Below the pieces are notes generated by a model. It was not told where the DNA came from. It saw nothing but the letters and a program-made list of their open reading frames with translations, and ran no database searches. A stretch of DNA of 62,872 nt, the filler included, from Aduncisulcus paluster (Eukaryota): the NCBI GenBank assembly GCA_024181965.1. It is 3 parts of 3 records of this genome, joined end to end, with 100 filler letters (N's around TTAATTAATTAA, not from the genome) between each part and the next. Parts side by side here need not be neighbours in the genome. Positions count along the whole stretch, not along the records: positions 1 to 20,734 come from BQXS01012645.1; positions 20,835 to 43,610 come from BQXS01012647.1; 1 more part is not named here. One strand, written 5' to 3'. Position numbers and translations under genes: made by a program. Every line of letters begins with the position of its first letter. Position 1 is the first letter of the stretch. This document shows positions 11,619-23,236 of this stretch, piece by piece.

Positions 11619-11833
11619 ATTGGTTAAATTGTAATAATATTTGCTTTAAATGAGTTATATCGCTTGAAAATGACAATAATATATGAACAAAATAGGTGTG
11701 GTGGCGAACTTCGTCCCATCGACTTGAAGATGAATTATTGATTTTATTTCATTTTTGAGTGAATTCGATCACATAATAAGGAATGACGAGAAAATGGATC
11801 GTACATTAAAATATAGAAATTAGATGTATGTAA

Positions 11834-12611
11834 TTATTCGTTTGTAATGATGACATACACTATCAAAGCCAAAATAGTCAGTAATATCATGATTGTGAGA
11901 ACCAAGAACAATTTGTCGGACGCCAATTTTCTGATAAACACTCCAATGCGCTTCCGAGCAATTTTTACATCATTTTCCATCGCAGATAAATCTTGACTAA
12001 TAGCAACAAGCCTAGTTCGTTGGTCATACAAAGCAATCAATGTTTCCTTCTGAATTTCTTCAACTTCGACAAGATCAGCAATTCCTTCGCCAATCATAGA
12101 CATAGTATCATAATTAAGGGTGATAGCACCGTCATAGTGTTCTTTCGCTCCTAGTTCTCGTTCATCGGCCTTCTTTTCGGGTTTAAGAAGTGCATCTTTC
12201 ACAATAAGTCCACTTTGATATTCAAGATCTACTCGGAATTGATTGATATTTTCTCGGTGAATATCGTATCTCGATTTCCATTCAATCTTTTCCTCGTGGT
12301 CTTGAATTCCAGAAATCTCGGCATTAAGATTTGTTAATAAACGTTGAAGACCAGTTGTCGTGTGTTCTGATAATTCTTTAATGGCCTGAAATATTCAAAC
12401 CCCAATTATAATCAAAGATATAATAAAATTTAAAAATAGATCAATAAAAATCGAAAGTTCGGTGTAATAATAATCAATTTAACTGTATATTATCACATAC
12501 TCTCCGTTTTTCCTCAACATCAGGGAAAGAGGTTATTGCATGAAGGGTCTTTCGACAATCCGACAAAGTTTCGACCAATTCCTCATCAAAATCTTTAAGA
12601 TCTTCAATCAT
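11834..12611 (-). CDS. Qb-SNARE (NPSN/Vti1-like); exons 12611-12501 and 12385-11834
   Basis: Intron GTATGT(12500)...CAG(12386) in phase 0. SNARE coil TLIALYDQRTRL, RKLASDK and a C-terminal TM. Confidence 0.8.
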
Positions 12612-13082
12612 ATCGTATATTTTTGATTTAGAGTCGTTTTTGTGTCAAGAAAATGTCGGATTCTTTCCCACTGCTTTTGTGAGAGATTCATTTTATTCTC
12701 TTTCCGATTCCTTCGGTATTATTTTTTCTGTTTCTTTGAAAAATCCCTTCTATCACAGAAAACAAAACCACTGGTTTGACCGGGGTCAACATTTGTTTGT
12801 TGGTGCTCCTACACAGTGAACGCGATAATATCGTGAGATAATTCTTTGAAATATCTGGTGATTTTTAGTAAAATGGAGTGATATCGGGGATTTTGTAATA
12901 CATAATGGTACTAAACGTAAAGATTGGATTTACCAATCGCAGTGCCGATCCCTGTCTCAACAAAAATATTATTACGGGAATATATTACGAATAAATGCAT
13001 GATTATTGTCGAATAAGTATTTATATATTAATTTACATTGTTCTACACTCAGCAAGATTTCAAGAGCTTCTTTGGCATCAAC

Positions 13083-14124
13083 ATGGATATAGATAAGTTT
13101 GCGGAAAAATTATACAAAGGGGAATTACTAAGAGAAAAAGAAATTGAATTTGTTTGTGAAAAAGTATGTTTGTTTTTCGATACTTTTCCAGATTGAGTTG
13201 TACTCCCTTTTTCAAAATATATTCTTCTGATTTGCATATTTTTTTATTGTTCCATTTTGTTTTTTAAATATTGCGCTGCCATTACTTTCATTCTAGGTGA
13301 AAGAGATATTGCTGAAAGAAGACAATGTTGTAAATCTCAAGGCTCCTATTTCAATTGTCGGAGACATTCATGGACAATTCTATGATTTATTAGAGTTATT
13401 TAGAATATGTGGCAGAGCTCCAAACACAAATTTCTTATTTTTAGGAGATTATGTCGATCGTGGATATTATAGTGTTGAATGTGTTCTTCTTCTTCTTGTT
13501 TTAAAGGTTCGGTACCCCCAAAGAATCACTTTACTTCGTGGAAATCATGAATCTAGGCAAGTTACACAAGTTTATGGGTTTTATGATGAAGCCTCTCGTA
13601 AGTTTGGTCATCATCGAGTTTGGAAGCTTTTGACAGATGTATTTGACTTCCTTCCGCTTGCTTCTCTTCTTGAGAGTGAAGTTTTATGTGTTCATGGAGG
13701 ATTATCTCCTTCAATTGATTCAATTGATGATATCAGATCTCTTAACAGATTTAGGGAGCTTTCCGAGGGTGTTATTGGATTTGATCTCATGTGGAGTGAT
13801 CCTGATGAACGTCCTGGTTGGGGAGCGTCTGCTAGAGGAGCTGGATATACATTTGGGAAAGACATTTCGAAACAATTTAACAAATCGAATAAGTTGACTC
13901 TTGTCGTTCGTGCTCATCAACTTGCCATGGAAGGATACACTTGGTTGCATGATAGGAGTGTTGTCACAGTTTTTTCTGCTCCGAATTATTGTACTCGGTG
14001 CAACAATCAAGCTGCAGTCATGGAGTTGGATGAGCATTTAAGTTACACATTCATTCAGTATGATGCTGCTCCTCGACAAGGATCCACTCAAGTGACAAGA
14101 AGAGTTCCTGATTATTTCTTGTAA
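13083..14124 (+). CDS. PP2A-family Ser/Thr phosphatase catalytic subunit; exons 13083-13163 and 13297-14124
   Basis: GDIHG, GDYVDRG, RGNHE, SAPNY motifs and C-terminal PDYFL. Intron GTATGT(13164)...TAG(13296) gives [32 protein letters not shown]. Confidence 0.95.
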
Positions 14125-14367
14125 GCCAACGCTTTGAATTGTCATTATTTCTTAGTTTTCTTTCTTTACCGTTTTGAATATCTTCACAATAAAACAGACA
14201 TTGTTGCACATGAACTCTACTTGGACTAATATCAAATATTTGAACAATTTAATCCACGTCATGACTCAAGTAACTTGATCTTCACTCAGTTAAACGATCG
14301 AGCTCAGTTCGAGACTCGAACTTCGAAGTTGATATTTCTCGAGAAAGAATAATTTTCAAAAATAACA

Positions 14368-14706
14368 ATGGCAAGAAAAGTATGTGTGTGGTATTGATGA
14401 GCACTTATTTCATATTTATTTACCGGTCTTTTTTATATTTGCCATTAGTTCGTTCCTGGTGTTAAACCGGTCAAAGAAATCAGAAATGACCTTATATTAT
14501 CAATTGTACTTACGATTTTATTTATAGTATCATTGCCTTGGGGATTGAAACTCCGAAAAGAACCGCTAAAAGAAGATCAAGATGTTGGAGTTTCACTTCT
14601 TGTTGTTGCTGGACTCACTGGAATTGCCGGGATTTATGGATTAATTACGAGTTGGAATAATATTAAAATTCGTTTCAAACAATCTCAAAAAAAGAAGAGA
14701 ATGTGA
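14368..14706 (+). CDS. Small two-TM protein (~89 aa, TMEM230/TMEM134-like topology); exons 14368-14379 and 14449-14706
   Basis: Not in the ORF track. ATGGCAAGAAAA|GTATGT...TAG|TTC gives MARKFVPGVKPVKEIRNDLILSIVLTILFIVSLPWG...VSLLVVAGLTGIAGIYGLITSW...KKRM. Confidence 0.7.
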
Positions 14707-14775
14707 ATATTTTGCCTCTCGCCGAGAGTCTTCATCTTTCATTCTCAATCCGAAATCTCCTCAAATAATTTTGGA

Positions 14776-15057
14776 TTATTCCAGGAGGTGATGCTTTTCA
14801 AAATCGAATTTTTCCTTGCAAACTTGTTGAATTGTGGTCGATTCTCGTGAAATAGATAAAGGACAAAACTTTGAAACACATGACGTTATTTTATGTTGTG
14901 ATGTTGCCAAATCGAACTGAGACTCAGATTCAATTGAATCGTAATCAGTTTTTGAAAATATCTGAGCAATTGATATTGTTGCATCCCTAAAATCTCCAAT
15001 CAGCTTTGATTCAACTCCAAATAAATCAAATAGTAACTCTTTTTGTTCTGAATCCAT
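14776..15057 (-). CDS. Hypothetical protein (93 aa)
   Basis: ATG-initiated ORF with AT-rich flanks; no recognised domain. Confidence 0.5.
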   Translation of the reverse strand: MDSEQKELLFDLFGVESKLIGDFRDATISIAQIFSKTDYDSIESESQFDLATSQHKITSCVSKFCPLSISRESTTIQQVCKEKFDFEKHHLLE

Positions 15058-15300
15058 ATGAAATAAGAAACAAATTATGTGATACCAAAAAACAATAATA
15101 GGTCAGGTGGCAGTTCCACTATTTCGGAAATGGCATTTCCACCATTCTTGAAAATATATATTTTCATTCTTTAATTTTTTGCGAAATAAATAGTCAGGTC
15201 GAAATCAATAATATTTTAATAACTCATACAATCCCAACTTGGGTCCCAAGTCTTGGGATCATTACCAAAATCTCCAACCTTGAGAAAGGAGGTTTTATTT

Positions 15301-15969
15301 TCATTTTTTGGCATTATCTTTAAATTTTTGTCGCAGTAAAGCAACAGCTTTATCAACATCAAGAGGAGTTTTGTTTGGAGATTGAGATGAAGTTGTTGGA
15401 ATAGCAGATCGTTTGATATCCATTCGAGAAAACCGCCGAGAAGGGGAAGAACTATCCTTTGGCTTTGGCCTCCTTCCTAATTTTATAATTTTTGTATCGC
15501 TTTCTATATCATGGACCATTAATGATTTTTGAGAGGTTTTAGACCTCCACTTCGATGACGAATTTCCGGGTTTCTCGATGGGTTCATCTTTTTTATCTCT
15601 TTTTTCCGCAACGTCCTTCATTTCTTTTAATTTTGCTGCAAGTTCAGCATCATCAAACGTGGTTTGTTGGCGGATTCTCGTTTGCTTTTTATGCTCATCT
15701 AAAACACTTTTTGCCACTTTCGATTTCGTTTTATGCAATTCACTATGCGGTACTAATTGGAAACCTCCTTCAATTTCAGGGGGTTTTGGGATTCGAATGT
15801 CGACTAAATTCTGTGCCTCCCAAGCTGCATTTCTCTTTTTAATCCGATCAAGAATCCCATCTAAAGCAATTATTGTAAGATTAGAATTTTCTTTGGCCTC
15901 TTCAAACTTTTCCTTTTCATCATCAAACTCAATAAGAAGAGATGAGAGTTCCTCTTGAATTCGCTCCAT
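15301..15969 (-). CDS. Hypothetical coiled-coil protein (likely start MERIQEEL)
   Basis: The upstream ORF extension is AT-rich and overlaps the divergent gene, so the internal ATG at 15969 is preferred. Confidence 0.7.
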   Translation of the reverse strand: MERIQEELSSLLIEFDDEKEKFEEAKENSNLTIIALDGILDRIKKRNAAWEAQNLVDIRIPKPPEIEGGFQLVPHSELHKTKSKVAKSVLDEHKKQTRIRQQTTFDDAELAAKLKEMKDVAEKRDKKDEPIEKPGNSSSKWRSKTSQKSLMVHDIESDTKIIKLGRRPKPKDSSSPSRRFSRMDIKRSAIPTTSSQSPNKTPLDVDKAVALLRQKFKDNAKK

Positions 15970-16103
15970 AAATAAGTATAGAATAAGGATAAATGAAATA
16001 AACAAGCAAATAAAAAAGCTTTTAGGTATAAAATAATTTGAAAATCCACTAATTTCGAAGAAAAAAAACATGGAGAATCTGTTGGTCAATTTTTGCTTCT
16101 CTG

Positions 16104-17003
16104 ATGGCACTTGTTAAAAAAATACCATTGTATTGCTCAGTGAAATCCCGAGAGGATTCATTCCATCGGAGGGAAAAGTTTGCTCCTATTGTATCTCGAC
16201 TTATTTCCACAGAGTCTTATCTTGATGAGAACAAAGAATTGAAAGAGCGAGAAAAGGAGTACACTTTGCTTGAATTACGGATACTTGCATATAAAAAAAT
16301 GGGTAAATATACCATGAAGAGGCGCCCAATATCCCACACGATGGATTATCATTCTTCGCCTGTTAATACAACGGGAAGAAAAGAAGACACTGTATCAGAT
16401 TCAAAAACACATAAAAGTTTATCGAAAGAAATGCCTCAAAAAATCTCTAGAGCTGATGGATCCTCTTCTCATCCAACTAAAACCAAACCTGATTATTCTG
16501 ACAACTTGATTGTCCAGGATGTATATTCTTTATTCACAAAAACTCCCGAGAGGACGAAACAAAGTGCGAGCAGTCGTTTAGCTCCAATAAGTACAACCAC
16601 AGCCATCCGAAAAGATAATATTTCCATACCTCTTGCAAACCCTCCAACAGCTTCTTATTCTGATGAAACTCATATGTATCAATATACTGAAACGTTTGAT
16701 GAAGAAATTCCCGAAGGACGTGAGAAAGAAAGGGGAACATACCGATCTCAAACCCATAAAATTGAACATTCTTCTTATGAATCGTGGCTTCCGACTGGAA
16801 GGTCTCGGATTTCAGCAATACATGATAATAGAAAAGATGAATCTGATTGCTCTTTTCAGATTAGAGCTGATACATGTTGTATCGGTGATTCTACTCCACT
16901 TCTCCAAAAACAAATGGGATTGGATGCTCGTCCATCTGTAGAAAGTACGACTTTTGATGGGAAAACTCCAACCTCTACTTATAAAGGCTATTTCCCAAAA
17001 TGA
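16104..17003 (+). CDS. Hypothetical, largely disordered protein (299 aa)
   Basis: Long ORF, Ser/Thr/Lys rich. Confidence 0.7.
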   Translation: MALVKKIPLYCSVKSREDSFHRREKFAPIVSRLISTESYLDENKELKEREKEYTLLELRILAYKKMGKYTMKRRPISHTMDYHSSPVNTTGRKEDTVSDSKTHKSLSKEMPQKISRADGSSSHPTKTKPDYSDNLIVQDVYSLFTKTPERTKQSASSRLAPISTTTAIRKDNISIPLANPPTASYSDETHMYQYTETFDEEIPEGREKERGTYRSQTHKIEHSSYESWLPTGRSRISAIHDNRKDESDCSFQIRADTCCIGDSTPLLQKQMGLDARPSVESTTFDGKTPTSTYKGYFPK

Positions 17004-17159
17004 TCAGAACGAGCTAATATTCGTAAAATAAAATTAATTTTTTACAAATCAATGAATATTGTTATTATTTAGAACCTTTGAATTGACAATTAACGCTTTC
17101 AATATTCAGTTGAGTTTGAAACCAAACACAACCAGATTTGGCAACGTATCTCTTATACG

Positions 17160-19826
17160 ATGACAAAATCGGATGAAGAAATTATATCTGGGCCCAAATC
17201 CAATTTTGAAGTGACTAAATGCTCAGAGAAATTAATTCTAAAACGAAGTCTCCACACCATTAGGACAAAAAATGCTGGAAACCTTGCAAAAATTGATAGA
17301 TCTTTACAACTATTTGGTGTTTGTAAACTTCCAGCTTCACCCTTCTTATTATTACCATTATCCACCAGCATTAAGAACTCTGATGATTGTTCTTCGATTT
17401 CTTCCCTTAATCACCGAGTTGTAGGATCGGTTGGTGAACTTCAAAGAACCACCCAATCTATATCTGGAAAAGAACTTCAATGTAATGCTTATGTTGGTAT
17501 TGCTCTGTCTCTTTTGAATGCTATTGAATTATTACATGAATCCCACATTGTTCACGGTGCTATTTCTGCTGATAGTTTATTTTTCAGAAATTCTAAAGAT
17601 ATGGATTGTGCCACAGAACCGGATGGTGATTTTTGTTCGATTTCTCTTGGGAACTATTGTCGGGCGAAATATCTTGGAACCAAACCGTTTGTTTCAATCT
17701 CTGAACCTGAGCCAAGTTACATACCAACTGAATTACGTTATTCTTGGGCACCCCCTGAAGAGATTAACAGCAAAAGATTATCCAAAAAGAGTGATATATG
17801 GGGATTTGGTGTTACAATGCTTGATATTGCTTTACGCGGCAATCTTAGGGAAAAACTGACAGCTCTTGATTGTAGTCGGACGAAGCCGGATATTAGGGAA
17901 CTTATTGACAAAGAAATTCAGTTGCCTCGAGATTTTCCTTCCATTCTTACTAATATGATTTGCGATTGTTTGGTTTTAACTGAACATGGGCGCGTTTCAA
18001 TTCAATCGATGAAAAAAGGGCTTTTTGCATACATTTTGCAACATTCTCCAGATCCACAGGAGGAGAAGAGGAGAAAAGCTCGAGAAAGACGCGCTTCTTT
18101 TCGTAAAACGGCCATATTCCGCTTTTTTGATTTGATATTCATGTATTTGCTTGGTTATTTATATGTTATCAAACGTTGGATCCTTGATAAGCTTGATTTC
18201 GTTGTAAATAAGGATATTTTCTTTGTTTCCTGGCTTTTCCGATGGATATACTGGATTTTGGCATTTATTCCTGATTCCATTGCTTCCCATTTGCGTTTGG
18301 AAGCCATGAAAGGCCGTGGAAAAGGAGATCTCAAGGATGATATCGTGACTGTTGTCCACAAACAGAAAGAGGAGGTGAAAAAACAGCTTGAAAAGAGAGA
18401 CCAATTAGCTAGAAGCCAAATGCAAAGAGAAAGAATGGTTTCTAAAGAGCTTGAAGGTGAGGAAGGATCTGTGAGGGTTCCGAAAAGGAGGAGGAGTCCT
18501 GCCATCAAGGCTGAATTGAGTTTCATTGGTGGAGTCTCTGGTATTTTGCATCGAGAGGGTTGTTTTGAATTTGGTCAAAAAGTTGTTCTGTATGATGAAC
18601 ACATCCGTCCTGTTGACTATTTTGCTTTTTGTTATGTCAATGCTGGATCCATGTATCTCATGTGTTCACGGGGGAAACTCACTGTCATCCGGTTTGGCCC
18701 TCATCGAGGGGAAATTCCCAAAGAGATTTTATTCGAGCAGTCATTCGTGAAATATTATCCCGTTGCTTATGAAGAGGATGAGACTGTGTTCTTCATTCCC
18801 GACAATTCAGTGAAGATTCCTTTCTGTTCCATTGAAGTTTCTTCCCTCGAGCGTGATTCCCTTAATCGTCCTCGTAATCTTCGAAGTGTAAAGCCAAAGA
18901 GAATTCTTTTTGCGGATTCCACCTGTGTGTACAAGCACAATGTCTTCATTGGCAGTATTAACGGATATCTCGCCCGGTTCGACATGAAGAGCCGTAAGCT
19001 GTACTACCATCGTCTTTTCGATGACTGTGTTACTGTTCTCCCAGTCGAAGGTATTCATGATGGAAACAGATTCTTCGTTAAGGTGAGAACACCTGGGAAA
19101 CACAAAATAGCCACGTATGTCTTCAATGCCGATAAAATGGAGGTTATTTCCTGTAAATTTGACATTCCCAAAGCTTTTTCAGCCTTCGCAGATTCAGATG
19201 GTCTCGTATTTGGTTTTGCTAATGATGATGGTTCTTTTGTCGATTTTGATGGATATGTGGCGCCAATTACTTGTGGAGTGGGCCGCAGCTTGTGTTGTGT
19301 GAGAGACAGAGATGATAAGGCATTCTTTGTGTATTTGCACAAGGATCGGACTGTTGGTGGAAAGGTAAAATATGTTGTGGAATTGCGTCGTATCTCTATG
19401 ATTCCCTTTGGAGAATACAAGAGAATAATGAAAGAAAAGTTAGCCAAGGTGTCAAAGAAAGTTTTCTGTTTACAGAGACCTTTCTGCCGTTCCACAATCA
19501 AAACAAAAGCTACCTTCGAATTTTCTCGGTTGTCAAGTTCTCCAACTGTACGGGTGAGCTATGGTGTTCATGCATCAAGGCTCATCTATGTGAAGGAAAT
19601 TATTATTGGTCCCGAGCAAGCCTCATCAGATCTTCTTGAGATTCCCAGACAATGTGCCAATGGATATATATTCAGTTACATCACTTCTACAGGAAATAAT
19701 ATCCATGTGTATACTGTTGACAAGACTATATTCAAACTCATGACCGTGACCATTTCTAGGATTTGTGAGTTTGATGAAACAAATATTGATGGACTTGGAG
19801 AAATCGGCGAAGCAAGATACATCTAA
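17160..19826 (+). CDS. Pseudokinase + two TM helices + beta-rich (propeller-like) C-terminal region (888 aa)
   Basis: Kinase C-lobe motifs LLHESHIVHGAIS, WAPPEE, KSDIWGFG are present, but HRD and DFG are replaced. Two hydrophobic helices follow. Confidence 0.75.
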   Translation: MTKSDEEIISGPKSNFEVTKCSEKLILKRSLHTIRTKNAGNLAKIDRSLQLFGVCKLPASPFLLLPLSTSIKNSDDCSSISSLNHRVVGSVGELQRTTQSISGKELQCNAYVGIALSLLNAIELLHESHIVHGAISADSLFFRNSKDMDCATEPDGDFCSISLGNYCRAKYLGTKPFVSISEPEPSYIPTELRYSWAPPEEINSKRLSKKSDIWGFGVTMLDIALRGNLREKLTALDCSRTKPDIRELIDKEIQLPRDFPSILTNMICDCLVLTEHGRVSIQSMKKGLFAYILQHSPDPQEEKRRKARERRASFRKTAIFRFFDLIFMYLLGYLYVIKRWILDKLDFVVNKDIFFVSWLFRWIYWILAFIPDSIASHLRLEAMKGRGKGDLKDDIVTVVHKQKEEVKKQLEKRDQLARSQMQRERMVSKELEGEEGSVRVPKRRRSPAIKAELSFIGGVSGILHREGCFEFGQKVVLYDEHIRPVDYFAFCYVNAGSMYLMCSRGKLTVIRFGPHRGEIPKEILFEQSFVKYYPVAYEEDETVFFIPDNSVKIPFCSIEVSSLERDSLNRPRNLRSVKPKRILFADSTCVYKHNVFIGSINGYLARFDMKSRKLYYHRLFDDCVTVLPVEGIHDGNRFFVKVRTPGKHKIATYVFNADKMEVISCKFDIPKAFSAFADSDGLVFGFANDDGSFVDFDGYVAPITCGVGRSLCCVRDRDDKAFFVYLHKDRTVGGKVKYVVELRRISMIPFGEYKRIMKEKLAKVSKKVFCLQRPFCRSTIKTKATFEFSRLSSSPTVRVSYGVHASRLIYVKEIIIGPEQASSDLLEIPRQCANGYIFSYITSTGNNIHVYTVDKTIFKLMTVTISRICEFDETNIDGLGEIGEARYI

Positions 19827-20244
19827 TATTGTTGGTTGTTTTGCGAGACATCTGTTTATTGATTAAGGGTTCAATTTGAGACTTAAAAAAAATTTTTTTT
19901 ACCTCTTTGGTGATCTACGATTTGTTTTCTTTTTTCTTTTTGATCCATTTTGAATGATTCCTGGTGATTTTCTCTTTCAAGGAATCGATTCAAAATGTTC
20001 AAATTATTTCAACTAATTTGACACTTCCTTTTCTTCTTGAAGATTGTAGTTTACATTGTAACGATTACATTGTAATCAATATCTACATTTATTGGCTTTA
20101 CGAGCTAATTCCAAAATAAAATTGAATCTTAATTTGTTGAAATAGATTGAAATTCTAATCTATTTTTAGATACTGTCTATTTATAGATATTTATCGTCCT
20201 CAACAATTACACCATAAATCGAACAAGATTCATCGATGACTCAT

Positions 20245-20734
20245 TCAATCGGACTCTTCTTCCTCCTCTTCATTGCCAAGTTTCTGCTTCATCTCATCTT
20301 GTTTCTTCCGAAGCTCATCGATCTCCTTCTCTCTCTCAACAGTGGGTTCTTCCTCCTCCACTGGCTCGTAAGCAGGGATATAGGCTAAGAAAGAAGGTTG
20401 CAATGGGGCATAAGCCCGTGAACTCTGAAGACTCAATCCATCTCCAACATACATCCATACACTCTCTTTTCCACCGTCCCAGCATACTGAACAAGCACCA
20501 CGCCACTTCAAATTCTCAACAGTGACAATCTTTCCAACACCAATTCCGGATGTCTTTTTAATTCTCCACCTTAGTTGATGACGGTGCCCAATTCTTGAAT
20601 CAAGGGAAAGGGGAAGTTTCTTCCGGGAAGGTTTCGAAAGAATATTTTCCTCATCACCTTCTTCTTCTTCTTCCTCCTCCTCATCCTCCTCTTCTTCTTC
20701 TTCTTCCTCTTCTTCCCCATCTTCGTTCACCGGT
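20245..20734 (-). CDS. 3' fragment of a hypothetical acidic protein (truncated by scaffold end)
   Basis: Open frame from the scaffold edge with poly-Glu runs; TGA at 20245. Confidence 0.65.
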
Positions 20735-20834
20735 NNNNNNNNNNNNNNNNNNNNNNNNNNNNNNNNNNNNNNNNNNNNTTAATTAATTAANNNNNNNNNN
20801 NNNNNNNNNNNNNNNNNNNNNNNNNNNNNNNNNN
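20735..20834. other. Artificial scaffold linker N44-TTAATTAATTAA-N44
   Basis: Six-frame stop palindrome at 20779-20790 between N runs. Confidence 0.97.
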
Positions 20835-21328
<494 letters not shown>

Positions 21329-21843
21329 TTAGAATTTTACAATATAAAGATTGTGCAAAAAAATGAATGTCAAAATTTGAACAAATATTTCTTCTCAGTT
21401 CATTCTGAAATAGAAAGTCAAGATCTCATCATTTGCAATAAAATAAGAAAATTATTCCAATCATAATAGTTTCAAAAAAAATTAATTTCTGAAGAAAGAT
21501 CCCGATTGTTATTCAATTTTCAGAGATAATGCATTGAAGTATTTGACTGGTTTAATAGTTATAGAATATGAAATATACAAAAATTATTTAATGTGTTGAA
21601 ATCAATTTTGAATGAAAATGCTTTCAGACAATCAAAAAATATCTAGGTTAGTCTGTTAACCAATTTGGTAAACCAAAATATTCCGACTCTTTTCCATTGT
21701 CAATGAGTTCATCGACCGGTATACGAATCGTAGAACCCGGGTTTATTCATACAGGGGATGATGATTGTTGTATATGATTGTGATATATTGTATGGCGTTA
21801 TTATATTGGTGTTGATGATATATGTATTATATTACAACATATA

Positions 21844-22984
21844 TTACAACAATTCTTTTCCGACAGCCGCACGTTTCTTCACAGATCCAACACTTTTGAT
21901 GATTTCTTCCCCAAACTCACCAAGCATAATGTCAACAACACCATATGTGAGCTCAGAAGCAACCCCACTGGCAAATTTCTCAAAATCGGCGTGTCCAGAT
22001 CCATCGGAAGAGTCTGATACAATTCGAATGACACAATAAGGAGTTTCAAGCTCGACACAGACCTGGGCAACACTAGCACCCTCCATTTCAACACATAGAG
22101 CATCAGGAACGTTTTCAATCACCTTCTTTTTCATGTCATCGGAAGAAATGAACTGATCACCAGTTGCAATTGTACCCTCACGAAGAACAGGGTCAGCCAA
22201 ACCAAGATCCTCAATTAGTTTGTCGCTAATGACAGAATGATACTTCTCATCAATAAATGTTTTCACTGCACGGACAGCAGTATCTGTCAGAGATTCAGTT
22301 GGTACGAGGTGGGTCTTTCGATGAGGACTTGGAAGCTCGGTAATTTTATAGAAAGGACGAACATCCAAATCATGTTGAACCAATCCTTTAGCAACAATCA
22401 CGTCACCAACACGCACACCGGCACCAGTGGCACCAGCAATACCAACAAATATCACAGCAGCAGCACTAAAACATTTCACCATCAAAGTGGCAGTAACTGC
22501 TGCAGCAACTTTTCCAGGGNNNNNNNNNNNNNNNNNNNNTCTCATCAATAAATGTTTTCACTGCACGGACAGCAGTATCTGTCAGAGATTCAGTTGGTAC
22601 GAGGTGGGTCTTTCGATGAGGACTTGGAAGCTCGGTAATTTTATAGAAAGGACGAACATCCAAATCATGTTGAACCAATCCTTTAGCAACAATCACGTCA
22701 CCAACACGCACACCGGCACCAGTGGCACCAGCAATACCAACAAATATCACAGCAGCAGCACTAAAACATTTCACCATCAAAGTGGCAGTAACTGCTGCAG
22801 CAACTTTTCCAGGGTTACTCATAGCAACAACTACATTGATTCCATGTAATTTTCCCAATAAAAAGTCCCTATGACCAATTTTAACAACAGCATGTGAATC
22901 ACTCTCATCCATTGCCTTTTTAAGTAATTCATATTCACGAGTAATGGCTACCATAATGGCAATTCTTGTATCAGTCTCTGTCAT
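21844..22984 (-). CDS. mtnN: 5'-methylthioadenosine/S-adenosylhomocysteine nucleosidase; one gene split by an artefactual duplication (22245-22519 = 22540-22814)
   Basis: IAIMVAITRE, GKVAAA, GIAGA...GDVIV...QHDLD, GTIATGDQFI, CVEMEGASVAQVC, IRIVSD. Confidence 0.88.
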
Positions 22985-23236
22985 CGTTTTTATCTTTTTC
23001 ACTGGTAACAAAACCCTGATTGATCCGGATCTTTCACAAATCCCCGAACCCAAGTCTTTATTAACGATGATAAACGCTCAATGGTACATTTTTTATGATG
23101 TAGAAACATATTTTCGAAGAAAACTTCAACCATACGTTCATTATTTATTGGTATTCGGAGATCATCTCGATATTCCATGATGGAGTATCTCCGCAGAAAA
23201 CATAGTACAAATTTCAAAAATATTGTGGAAAATCAT

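Noticed and set aside
12760..12960. Possible structured ncRNA between the SNARE and phosphatase genes
   Set aside because: Several short stems are present, but no snRNA, snoRNA, tRNA, SRP or RNase P/MRP motif was recognised. It is treated as part of the palindrome clusters; an Infernal search would be needed.
20735..20834. TTAATTAATTAA palindrome (also 43655-43666) as a biological element; gene neighbourhoods across it
   Set aside because: Identical 100-nt N-flanked six-frame-stop linkers are artificial contig separators.
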